Origin: Gammaproteobacteria bacterium
Lineage (GTDB): Bacteria > Pseudomonadota > Gammaproteobacteria > BMS3Bbin11
DNA: 33,850 nt
NCBI GenBank assembly: GCA_033791885.1
Contig: JASJFV010000183.1
Coordinates: forward strand, 1 to 33,850
Direction: 5' to 3'
Below the pieces are notes generated by a model. That model searched no databases. It was not told the origin of the DNA and saw nothing but the letters and a program-made list of their open reading frames with translations. Below are positions 1 to 8,519 of the stretch, one piece after another. Position numbers and translations under genes: made by a program. How positions within the stretch are numbered: the first letter of the stretch is position 1; each line of letters begins with the position of its first letter.

Positions 1-2
1 TA

Positions 3-815
3 TTGAGAGACCAAAAACCAGTATTACTGGACTTTGTATTTACTGGATGGGGACAAAAATTTGAGGCTGGTTTGGACAATCAAATCACACCCCTATTGGC
101 ACAAAAGCTATTAAAATCCATAACACTTCAATCAGACCAGGATTTTGAGTGGATTGTCGTTGATGGTAACTCCACTGATGGAACTGCTGATCTTTTTGAA
201 GGCTATTCTGATCGAATTACTCATCTTATCTCTGAACCTGATGATGGTATTTATGATGCGATGAACAAAGGCATCGAGCTTGCTACTGGTGAAATAACAG
301 GTAATCTCAATGCCGATGACTGGTATGCGCATAGCGGAGTGTTAAGTCAGGTTGCAAACACCTTTTCAGCAGATGAAAGCATTGATGCGGTTTATGGCGA
401 TATTGTTTATGTGACAAGAAAGCAGCCTCACAACATCGTACGCTACTGGGAATCGTGTTCCTATCATGATGGACTGTTTGAGAAAGGCTGGATGCCTGCT
501 CATCCTTCGTTTTTTGTAAAGAGAGAGATGTATTCACGTTATGGCAAGTTTGATCTTGATCTGAAGATTCAGTCAGACTTTGAACTGACCATGCGTTTAA
601 TCGCAATAAACAGGATTAAAACCCGGTATTTGCCCGGTGTTATGGTTAAGATGCGAATGGGGGGTGTGACCAATAACCGTATCAGTAACGTGATTAAAGG
701 TAACCTTGAAGCTTACACGGCATGCAGAAAGAACGGTCTGGCCGTTACCCCTCTATTTATGGTGAGAAAAATTCTTTCCCGTTTACCTCAGTTCTTCCGT
801 AAACCACGACACTAG
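3..815 (+). CDS. Glycosyltransferase family 2 (WcaE-like); 5' end uncertain, may run off the window edge
   Basis: WIVVDGNSTDGT, SEPDDGIYDAMNKG, LNADD, YGD and HPSFF motifs of WcaE-like GT2; the first ~35 aa do not look like a GT2 N-terminus. Confidence 0.85.
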   Translation: MRDQKPVLLDFVFTGWGQKFEAGLDNQITPLLAQKLLKSITLQSDQDFEWIVVDGNSTDGTADLFEGYSDRITHLISEPDDGIYDAMNKGIELATGEITGNLNADDWYAHSGVLSQVANTFSADESIDAVYGDIVYVTRKQPHNIVRYWESCSYHDGLFEKGWMPAHPSFFVKREMYSRYGKFDLDLKIQSDFELTMRLIAINRIKTRYLPGVMVKMRMGGVTNNRISNVIKGNLEAYTACRKNGLAVTPLFMVRKILSRLPQFFRKPRH

Positions 816-828
816 TTCTTCTGAATAG

Positions 829-1620
829 ATGAAATCATTTATAAAATCGTTAACCAAAAGCATGCTGGACTCCGCAGGTCTCGAGTTGCGTAGAACTCGT
901 CCTGCGATTGCATCATTTCCGAGTGAACCTTTTCGTGCTCAAAAAGAGTTCATTGATAAGCTTGGCGTCAGCAACCCGGTAATTTTCGATGTTGGTGCAC
1001 ATAAAGGAGAAACAGTTGTGCGATATAAACAACTGTTACCGGATTCAACAATATTCTGTTTCGAGCCGTTTCCGGACAACTTTGAAATTCTTCGTAATAG
1101 ATTTTCTTCAGACTCTTCAGTTCATGTTTATCAAAATGCTGTTTCTGATATCAATGGCAGTAAGACATTTTTTGTTAACAATAATGATGCAACCAGTTCC
1201 TTGTTGCCTAGAACTGAAGACGGCAGGAGGTACTTCAGCAAAGCAGCCGGTTCAAAATATACGGTCGATGTTGAGACGGCAACCATCGATGAAATAATGC
1301 TTCAAAATGATATTGACCACATCGATATCCTGAAATTTGACATACAGGGCGGGGAATTGATGGCTTTAAAAGGGGCTGAAAAAACCTTGCAGGAGAGCAG
1401 GGTGTCAGTGATCTATAGCGAAACACTGTTTGTTCCACATTATGAAAATAATCCTTTATTGCTGGATTTATGGAGTTATCTGGATCAACATGAGTATTCT
1501 TTTTTTGATATTTATGACTTGTACCGGGCAACAAATGGACAACTCCGGTTCGCTGATACCCTGTTTATCAATAAGGAAGTAAGGAGCAGGGTACTGGATA
1601 ATTATAATGAGGAGCCTTGA
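829..1620 (+). CDS. FkbM family SAM-dependent methyltransferase
   Basis: IFDVGAHKG, FCFEP and IDILKFDIQGGE motifs. Confidence 0.88.
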   Translation: MKSFIKSLTKSMLDSAGLELRRTRPAIASFPSEPFRAQKEFIDKLGVSNPVIFDVGAHKGETVVRYKQLLPDSTIFCFEPFPDNFEILRNRFSSDSSVHVYQNAVSDINGSKTFFVNNNDATSSLLPRTEDGRRYFSKAAGSKYTVDVETATIDEIMLQNDIDHIDILKFDIQGGELMALKGAEKTLQESRVSVIYSETLFVPHYENNPLLLDLWSYLDQHEYSFFDIYDLYRATNGQLRFADTLFINKEVRSRVLDNYNEEP

Positions 1621-1755
1621 CTAAGCCATATTTTGAGCTGTTCTAATAACAATAATACGTTATGTAATATAAGGCTTAAGTCTATTTTACGCTCCAGGCG
1701 AATAGTGAGAAGATAGCACTAATAAATAATATGAAGATGTATTGGAAATACAATT

Positions 1756-2190
1756 ATGACTGTATCTGCTGACAAACGAAGTTACACGCGGGACCAGGTT
1801 CTGAAACTGCTTGATGAAAGACAGGAGATGCTTGTCCTGTTTTGTCAGTTGGCCGGACTTGATCCTTATCAGTCCAGTGCTCCGGTTGAGCAAAGAGTGA
1901 GAGCTTTTTGCCAGAAGATGATCGATTATATCGCCGCCGGACATTTTGCTATATATGATCGTCTTTCGAATGGCGGTGAGCGTCGTCTCCAGGTTCTCGA
2001 GGTCGCTGCAATTGTCTATTCATCTATTGAAGATACTACAGACATCGCCATTGCCTTTAATGATAAATATGATGAAAACGATCACGTGCTGGATTTTAGT
2101 AATCTTCAGAGTGACCTCACTATGTTGGGTGAGGCGATGAGTAATCGTGCGGATTATGAAGATCGCCTGTTAGATGCTTTAGTTTCATAG
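1756..2190 (+). CDS. rsd: Regulator of sigma-70, Rsd/AlgQ family
   Basis: ERQEMLVLFC, FCQKMIDYIAAGHFAIY, FNDKYD, LGEAMSNRADYEDRLL match Rsd/AlgQ. Confidence 0.9.
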   Translation: MTVSADKRSYTRDQVLKLLDERQEMLVLFCQLAGLDPYQSSAPVEQRVRAFCQKMIDYIAAGHFAIYDRLSNGGERRLQVLEVAAIVYSSIEDTTDIAIAFNDKYDENDHVLDFSNLQSDLTMLGEAMSNRADYEDRLLDALVS

Positions 2191-2215
2191 ATTTTTTTAA
2201 CCTGACAATTTTCGC

Positions 2216-3886
2216 ATGACGCTACCCAGGCCATCGCTACTGGTACTCATCCTGTTTCTGCTGGCTATTGCCGTCCTGCTGCCAGGAATCTCTGATATCA
2301 CAGGTATTACCGGCAAGGATGAGTACCTGCTCGGCCTGCGCACACCGATGCACATGATTGAAGGCGGGCATGGCTGGCTACCCTGGCTGGATGGTGAACC
2401 AAGGCTGAAAAAACCGCCCCTTATTTACTGGCTGGGTAAAATTTCCTACGAAACATTTGGCATCTCTCTTTTTAGTGGACGAGTCATTGGCGTTTTATTT
2501 GCAGCGCTGTTATCTGTTGTAAGTAGTTTGATTGCGTGGTGCCTGTTCAGAGACCGGCGAGTCATGTTATTTGCCGGACTGGTTGTGCTGGGAAGCATCG
2601 GCATAATGATCGATGGGCGCCGCATGATGCTGGACATTCCAGTCGCGGCACTATCGGCGCTGGCGATACTGTTTTTACTGTACTGGGTGAACTACGGTCG
2701 AGCCATCTATATCTCAGGATCCGGGGTTTTTCTGGGTCTGGCATTTCTGGTCAAGGGCCCGGTAGCATTTTTCTTCTATTTCTCAGCTTTGCTCGCTTTG
2801 CTGATGACTTCACCCGCTGTACGGATATTTTTAAGACATTCATGGCCTGCTGCACTGACAGGTCTGCTAAGTTTTTTCCTTATCGCAGCGCCCTGGTTTG
2901 TCTATGTTTATCTGCAGTACCCTGACCTGCTTGTCAGTACCTTCTCATCTGAAGTCGCTGAACGAGAATTGTTGAATTTTTCAGTCAGCCCGGCATTCAG
3001 CCTGCTGCTGATGGCATTGCCCTGGTCTCCGGTAGCAGTGGCAGTCATGCTGCGCAAGCAGTCGCCACTGCCAGTAATCGATAACAGGCTCATTGAACAA
3101 TTCAATAGAAAAAAGTTTCTTATTGTCTGGTTACTCGTCTCTATTCTGCCTTTTTTCTTTTTCAAAAGTTTCAGCCGTTACCTGTACGGTTGTATGATCC
3201 CGCTATCTTTACTGGTCAGTTTACTGATGTTTGAAAGAGACCGACTTATCGAGTACCGGATCTGGTTAAGGACAGGTGCCGGACTATCTCTGCTGGTTGG
3301 TGGTCTACTGGTCTTTTTTCTGATCTGGTTCAGAGGCTGGCAACCCTTAGTGATACCCGCATTATTGTTCACCCTCGCATTTACTCTTTGCTGGTGGGGT
3401 GCTCGGAATCTACTGACCATGGCTGTTATGTCGATTCTTTTCTGGCTTGGCATCATCAGCATGGTTTATCCGGCGTTGGGAATAAACAGGATACCCGATG
3501 GTGTAGTGGAAAAAATTAAGGGTGAATACGTGGTGCTGTTTGCCGGTCCTCAACCTGCCATGCTGCCGATTGTTGCCGGTGTCGGTATGCGAGATACATC
3601 GCATCTTAAGACACTACCAGTAGAAATGCGTGATAACTGTAAGGGCATCCTTATTTTTAGTCCGGTTAAGCACTTTATTACCGCTCGCATGCAACTGGAT
3701 GCATTAAATCATAGCTGGACAGAGCTTGGTCGCTATCGCGTGTTGTCTTCAAGAGGATCCTGGTTGAGAATTTCACATGAGGATGCCACCAGTGAGGACT
3801 GGAAACGCGCCTTTATGAATCGAGATCTTGACTCACTGGGCACCAATATCATTCTGGTGCGTTCAACAGCAAAACAATGTCTGTAA
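2216..3886 (+). CDS. ArnT/PMT-like (GT-C fold) integral membrane glycosyltransferase
   Basis: DE motif (GKDEY), GEPRLKKPPLIYW, LVKGPVA, APWF, many TM segments. Confidence 0.85.
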   Translation: MTLPRPSLLVLILFLLAIAVLLPGISDITGITGKDEYLLGLRTPMHMIEGGHGWLPWLDGEPRLKKPPLIYWLGKISYETFGISLFSGRVIGVLFAALLSVVSSLIAWCLFRDRRVMLFAGLVVLGSIGIMIDGRRMMLDIPVAALSALAILFLLYWVNYGRAIYISGSGVFLGLAFLVKGPVAFFFYFSALLALLMTSPAVRIFLRHSWPAALTGLLSFFLIAAPWFVYVYLQYPDLLVSTFSSEVAERELLNFSVSPAFSLLLMALPWSPVAVAVMLRKQSPLPVIDNRLIEQFNRKKFLIVWLLVSILPFFFFKSFSRYLYGCMIPLSLLVSLLMFERDRLIEYRIWLRTGAGLSLLVGGLLVFFLIWFRGWQPLVIPALLFTLAFTLCWWGARNLLTMAVMSILFWLGIISMVYPALGINRIPDGVVEKIKGEYVVLFAGPQPAMLPIVAGVGMRDTSHLKTLPVEMRDNCKGILIFSPVKHFITARMQLDALNHSWTELGRYRVLSSRGSWLRISHEDATSEDWKRAFMNRDLDSLGTNIILVRSTAKQCL

Positions 3887-5025
3887 ATTTGAAAACAATG
3901 ATCTTTTTTTCTGCCGCACTGGTGCTGGCCATTGTTGCGGTATGGCAAACTTATGCAGAGAGAATCGGCTGGCAGATACAGACTGAAAATATATCAGGTA
4001 GAACCGGGCAGCAGCCTGTTTTCCAGAAATCATTTATTTTCGAACAGGGCCCTACCGATAGTGTTCATGCCTCTTCGATTGTTTCTTTGCCTGGTGATGA
4101 GCTGCTGGCTGTGTGGTACGGTGGTTCACGCGAGGGCGCATCTGACGTGGCGATCTATCATGCACGCAGGGAAGCAGGCAGGACAGACTGGAGCCAGCCT
4201 GAGATATTGATAGACCATGACAGGGTTGCTCAGGATCTCGGTCGCCATATCAAGAAACTCGGCAACCCTGTGCTGCTATCGGATGGAAAGAACACATTAT
4301 GGATGTTTTTTGTTTCAACCTCGATCGGGGGCTGGTCGACCAGTGCGATTAACCTGGTTATATCGCATGATGGCGGCAAGAGCTGGGGCAGGTCAAAGCG
4401 CCTGCTTAGCTCGCCATTTCTGAATCTTAGTACATTGGTAAAAGGTCGGCCATTTTTCTACCAGGATGGCAGTATCGGATTGCCGGCATACCACGAACTG
4501 GCAGGCAAATTCGCTGAGCTGATCCGCGTCTCAGCCAGTGGTGATGTCATTGATAAAATTCGTATGACGCATGGAAGATATAGCATTCAGCCATCTATCG
4601 TAGCTCTCGATGATGATCGCTTGCTTGCCATGATGCGCAATACTAATCAAACCCGGAATATCGTTCGCTCGTTTGCCATTCAGGGTGGCCGACAATGGTC
4701 AGTTACTGAATACACGGAATTGAATAATCCGGATGCAGCGGTCTCCATGGCGGGTGATGCAAGCACTCTCGTGCTGGCCTATAACGATATTAAACATGAT
4801 CGTAACCGTCTTGCGCTGGCTGTTTCTGTGGATAGTGGAATGCACTGGGAGAAACGTGCCCTGCTGGAGTCTGCAGAACCAGATGAATCAGGCACCAAGT
4901 CAGAGTTTTCCTATCCATACTTGATAAAAACTGAGATGGGTGACTACCACCTGGTGTACACGTGGCAACGAAAACGAATTGCTTATGTGTATTTTAATCA
5001 GTCCTGGCTGGAGCAACAGCCATGA
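3877..5025 (+). CDS. BNR/Asp-box repeat sialidase-like protein, N-terminally anchored or exported
   Basis: VHASSIV, WYGGSREG, GNPVL, Asp-boxes SHDGGKSW and SVDSGMHW, EFSYP; hydrophobic N-terminus. Confidence 0.82.
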   Translation: MSVNLKTMIFFSAALVLAIVAVWQTYAERIGWQIQTENISGRTGQQPVFQKSFIFEQGPTDSVHASSIVSLPGDELLAVWYGGSREGASDVAIYHARREAGRTDWSQPEILIDHDRVAQDLGRHIKKLGNPVLLSDGKNTLWMFFVSTSIGGWSTSAINLVISHDGGKSWGRSKRLLSSPFLNLSTLVKGRPFFYQDGSIGLPAYHELAGKFAELIRVSASGDVIDKIRMTHGRYSIQPSIVALDDDRLLAMMRNTNQTRNIVRSFAIQGGRQWSVTEYTELNNPDAAVSMAGDASTLVLAYNDIKHDRNRLALAVSVDSGMHWEKRALLESAEPDESGTKSEFSYPYLIKTEMGDYHLVYTWQRKRIAYVYFNQSWLEQQP

Positions 5026-5612
5026 GCCATCTGATGGTCAATTTCAATACCCTGTTAATTATATTGGCATTTGCTACGTTTATCAGTTTGCCATTCAAAC
5101 GGACGTTGAGATGGGGTGTCGTGACTGGTCTTCTGATATTGTCCGTCTCAATTCCTGTCGCAGGAAGTAACCCGTGGTTGTGGATTAATGGGGCAGTCGG
5201 TGAATTAAGTATATTGACAGTGGTATTATTGACGCTGTTTATTCTGCGCAAGCTGGCCGATATGCACCTTGTTGAATGCCGAACTCGATTCCATCTCTAT
5301 TTCCTCGTGCTGTTGATGGGCTTTTTGCTTTACCCGGCAACACTTGGCCTTTCACAGTTTGACCCTTATGCTCTGGGCTATGGTGTCCAGCTATCCCTGC
5401 TTGTTCTATCGCTTGCCATCCTCTACTGGGTGTTTCAGCAACGGCAGGTTGCGGTATTGCTGTTAATAGTTGTTGCTGCAAGTGAAATTGGCTTGTTAAC
5501 TTCACGTAACAGCTGGGACTATTTGATAGATCCACTGCTATGGTTATTTACCCCTGCGATATTGATCGTTATGTATTTTAACGGGCGAGGGCAAGCGAAG
5601 AGATCCGCGTGA
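5022..5612 (+). CDS. Hypothetical integral membrane protein
   Basis: Hydrophobic 196-aa ORF coupled to the previous gene by an ATGA overlap; LYPATLG, FDPYALGY, NSWDYLIDP motifs. Confidence 0.75.
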   Translation: MSHLMVNFNTLLIILAFATFISLPFKRTLRWGVVTGLLILSVSIPVAGSNPWLWINGAVGELSILTVVLLTLFILRKLADMHLVECRTRFHLYFLVLLMGFLLYPATLGLSQFDPYALGYGVQLSLLVLSLAILYWVFQQRQVAVLLLIVVAASEIGLLTSRNSWDYLIDPLLWLFTPAILIVMYFNGRGQAKRSA

Positions 5613-5620
5613 TATTGTTG

Positions 5621-5917
5621 TTAAATTAGCTGCTCAATTTTTATAGCCAGCTGAAAATCCAGTTCAGAGAGCCCTCCTGCTTCATGGGTTGTCAGATCGA
5701 TAACAACTTTTTTATAGACATTAAACCACTCCGGATGGTGGTTCATTGCTTCTGCAGTTATAGCTACCTGTGACATGAAGCCAAAGGCCTGGATAAAGTT
5801 ACTGAAAATAAACTCCTTGTGCAGCTTGTCGTTTTCAATTACCCAGGGTTTGTTGTCCAGCTTTTCATTCAACCTGCCAAGTTGTCGTTGTATAGCAGCA
5901 AGTGCCAGTGCATCCAT
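5621..5917 (-). CDS. phhB: Pterin-4-alpha-carbinolamine dehydratase
   Basis: [27 protein letters not shown]. Confidence 0.93.
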   Translation of the reverse strand: MDALALAAIQRQLGRLNEKLDNKPWVIENDKLHKEFIFSNFIQAFGFMSQVAITAEAMNHHPEWFNVYKKVVIDLTTHEAGGLSELDFQLAIKIEQLI

Positions 5918-5940
5918 AAGTTTCTCCTTGTAAGTCTACC

Positions 5941-6822
5941 TTACAGCCCGAGCGCAGAAAGATCTGGTATTCCATCCTTTATTGGAGGGCACCAGTAATA
6001 GCTTCCATCAACAGGCTGCGTGAAACGGAACAGGGCATCTGTAATTCCATCCTCATCACCTGTCATTCGTTTCAACAGCGCCTCAAAGGCATACAGGCTG
6101 CTGCCGAAAGCAACAAATACCAGGCCTGCTTTCTGTGCAGCATTCCATGGCATTGAGCGTCTCAGCACGAAGGCTTCCGGGCTGAAGTCTTCCTGTGCAG
6201 TACGTTTAACATGAGCAGATTCAGGTGCATCTTCAATTTCCTCATTGTCACTGATGCGGCGACCGATAGAGTTGTCCTGGTCACTGGTGTTCATTGCATT
6301 AAATAGTTCAAAATTATGCACCCACTTTTGCACAGCAACAAAACTTGATCCATCGAGTCCTGGCCCCTGGTCTAAAATAAATGCGGCCTTCATAGCATCT
6401 TCCCCTTCAGGATTTTCTGTCCCATCTTCGTATCCACTGAGATCTCTGCCGACATCATATCTAAATGCATCGACAGCTGACTCAAGCTGGAATGCAGGTG
6501 CAAGAACCTGCTGGAATTTTCGTGAGCGGAGGTAGATTTCACCAGCGTCATTGCCGCGTAGCCACAACCATAAAGATCCCGGAGTTGCAGGGACATCAAA
6601 GCCAGGGCCTGAATAAACTGGAAATTTCTTCATACCCCTGATTTCACTTCCCAGAGCATGGATCAGGGAGAGCCCGAGTCCCATCACAGTATGCTCTCCA
6701 TCAACCATTTCACTCAAAGCTACCAGGATGGCATCAGCCCGTTGCCCGGCTTTTAATGAAAAGTTCAGATACCTGGCGTGAGTAGGTACATCATTAAGTA
6801 TACCAGCCTGAAAATTTGTCAT
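5941..6822 (-). CDS. Dyp-type (dye-decolorizing) peroxidase
   Basis: GYEDGTENP (GxxDG), SFVAVQKWVH, SAHVKRT, LRRSMPW. Confidence 0.93.
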   Translation of the reverse strand: MTNFQAGILNDVPTHARYLNFSLKAGQRADAILVALSEMVDGEHTVMGLGLSLIHALGSEIRGMKKFPVYSGPGFDVPATPGSLWLWLRGNDAGEIYLRSRKFQQVLAPAFQLESAVDAFRYDVGRDLSGYEDGTENPEGEDAMKAAFILDQGPGLDGSSFVAVQKWVHNFELFNAMNTSDQDNSIGRRISDNEEIEDAPESAHVKRTAQEDFSPEAFVLRRSMPWNAAQKAGLVFVAFGSSLYAFEALLKRMTGDEDGITDALFRFTQPVDGSYYWCPPIKDGIPDLSALGL

Positions 6823-6925
6823 TTCTTATTCCTTGTAGGTAATAGCGCTAAGTCAGATCATTATAAAATCATTATGATTATGTTAATTTGTTTCAAATCA
6901 AATGAAAATACGCTTTTTGATTGGG

Positions 6926-7020
6926 TTGTGCTGGCGCACGGCTGATTCGGGTTCTTTTTCTGTATTATGCTGGCACATGGCTGGGTGGCTATTATTTTTT
7001 ATATTATGCTAGCGCATGAC
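6926..7020. repeat. Three short quasi-palindromic units (TRTGCTRGCRCA) at a 39-bp period
   Basis: Units start at 6927, 6966 and 7005; related inverted unit at 7693-7709 and a unit near 32895. Confidence 0.65.
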
Positions 7021-7026
7021 CGTGTT

Positions 7027-7628
7027 TTTCGCCCTTTTTGGGCGAGTATCTTTTCTTTGCGTGGCCAAAGAAAAGGTACCAAAAGAAAGGCCACTCTACC
7101 GTGTTGGCCTTCGGCGTCTCTGTGCGCTTCAGCTTAGAGCGGGCGCTGCGGAACTCGCTATCGCTCAGACAGTCCTCGCGCTACTCCGCTCTAAGCCTCC
7201 AGTGCTCGACAACACAAAAGGGGATATAAGATCAAAAAAAAGTCAAAACCTGTTCGGTGACGTCTGATACGGTATTACAAACACCTTAACTTTTCTTCCG
7301 TCATACCGGCGAATGCCGGTATCCAGAAATAGTATAAATAATGGATTTCGGCTAGAGGCATGCCGGAATGACGATAATTAATTCCTCTTTTGTACTTAGT
7401 CTTTAGTCTTTGCTCTTGATCTTAAACCTCCCGTTCAGGCTCGCCGAGAAGCACAGGATGAGCCGGAGATTTCGGGGTGTGACTGTCCGAGCGTAAGCGA
7501 GTTTCACATCCCGCCAGCTCATTCGAGCATCGCAGGGCACCCGCAGGGCGAGCATGTTGGGTGTCATTTCTTTTGGTACCTTTTCTTTAGACAAGTAAAG
7601 AAAAGGTACTCGCCCATAAAGGCGGAAA
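7027..7628. repeat. Composite structured non-coding element, copy 1 (arm A ~7027-7225, central palindrome 7299-7373, arm B ~7428-7628); MITE-like or ncRNA
   Basis: ~60-bp related inverted termini; colinear with the reverse complement of 32290-32884. Confidence 0.85.
7299..7373. repeat. CGTC-type REP-like palindromic dimer
   Basis: CGTCATACCGGCgaatGCCGGTATCCA ... TGGATTTCGGC...GCCGGAATGACG; homologue at 32538-32611. Confidence 0.75.
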
Positions 7629-7721
7629 ACGAATGGAAATTCAATCGAAGATTAAGAAAAAGAAACCTGCCTGGGAAAAGCAAAACCAATCTGCCTTGCG
7701 CCAGCACAAATAAAAAACTAA

Positions 7722-8519
7722 TCAAGCAAATAAATAAATCAAAAACAACCCAAGCAATATCCGGTAAACAACAAACACCATCATCCCCATTCGCTGAATC
7801 AGTGAAAGAAACAACTGAATACAGATATAGGCAAACACTGCCGAACAGGCCGCGCCAATAATAAAGCTGCGCCAATCTATCGGCTCTGCCGATTCTGCAA
7901 GATCAGCACCTAGCAGAATGCCGGGTAAAATGATCGCTGGTATCGACAGCAAAAAGGAAAAACGTGCGGCTGCAGTGCGTGTCAAACCAAGCAGCAGTGC
8001 CGTCGTTATGGTAATACCTGAACGGGAGGTGCCGGGTATCAGTGCCAGTATCTGCGAGCCACCGATTAGCAGTGCATCTTTCCAGCTCAAAGAATGCTCA
8101 TCGCGTTCCCGTTTACCGACATGATCTGCCCAGCCTAGAAGCAGGCCAAAGATTATCGTAGTTGCCGCAATCACCAGCGGTGAGCGTAAATCGCCTCCGA
8201 CTGCCACCTTCATCAGCACCCCGCCAATACCCAGCGGGATAGTGCCGATTACCACTGCCCATGCCAGTTTCGAATATTCGGTATTGGGTCTGCCTGCCAG
8301 CGTTAAAGCCCAGTCACGTATCATCGGCACCAGGTCATGGCGAAAATACAATAGCACCGCCGTCAGGCTGCCGACATGAACAGCGACATCAAATGCCAGC
8401 CCCTGGTCAGGCCAGCCCAGCAGGCGAGGTAATAAAATGAGGTGGGCAGAACTGGAGACCGGTAAAAATTCTGTAAATCCCTGTACGGCGGCAAGCCATA
8501 TTGCCTGTATATCTGTCAC
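7722..8519 (-). CDS. uppP: Undecaprenyl-diphosphate phosphatase (BacA)
   Basis: QGFTEFLPVSSSAH and PGTSRSG motifs. Confidence 0.96.
   Translation of the reverse strand: MTDIQAIWLAAVQGFTEFLPVSSSAHLILLPRLLGWPDQGLAFDVAVHVGSLTAVLLYFRHDLVPMIRDWALTLAGRPNTEYSKLAWAVVIGTIPLGIGGVLMKVAVGGDLRSPLVIAATTIIFGLLLGWADHVGKRERDEHSLSWKDALLIGGSQILALIPGTSRSGITITTALLLGLTRTAAARFSFLLSIPAIILPGILLGADLAESAEPIDWRSFIIGAACSAVFAYICIQLFLSLIQRMGMMVFVVYRILLGLFLIYLFA

Noticed and set aside
1756-2190. Functional linkage of rsd/algQ with rpoD or the AlgP-like gene in the same window
   Set aside because: They are 15 and 31 kb apart with unrelated genes between; no evidence beyond proximity.
5941-6822. DyP (and FolB) as encapsulin cargo
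   Set aside because: No encapsulin gene in the window and no extended C-terminal targeting peptide of the GSLxIGSL type.
6866-6890. dif-like site (TTATGTTAAT resembles a XerD arm)
   Set aside because: No XerC arm at the correct 6-bp spacing; AT-rich context.
6926-7020. Possible mini-CRISPR array
   Set aside because: Repeats are only ~12-16 bp, degenerate, three copies at a 39-bp period, and no cas genes are present.
7016-7875. Short ORFs with GEYLFF...KKRYQKK or KEKVPKE peptides (also 32189-32930)
   Set aside because: They are translations of the repeat arms in several frames and strands; conservation follows base-pairing and includes frame-breaking indels.
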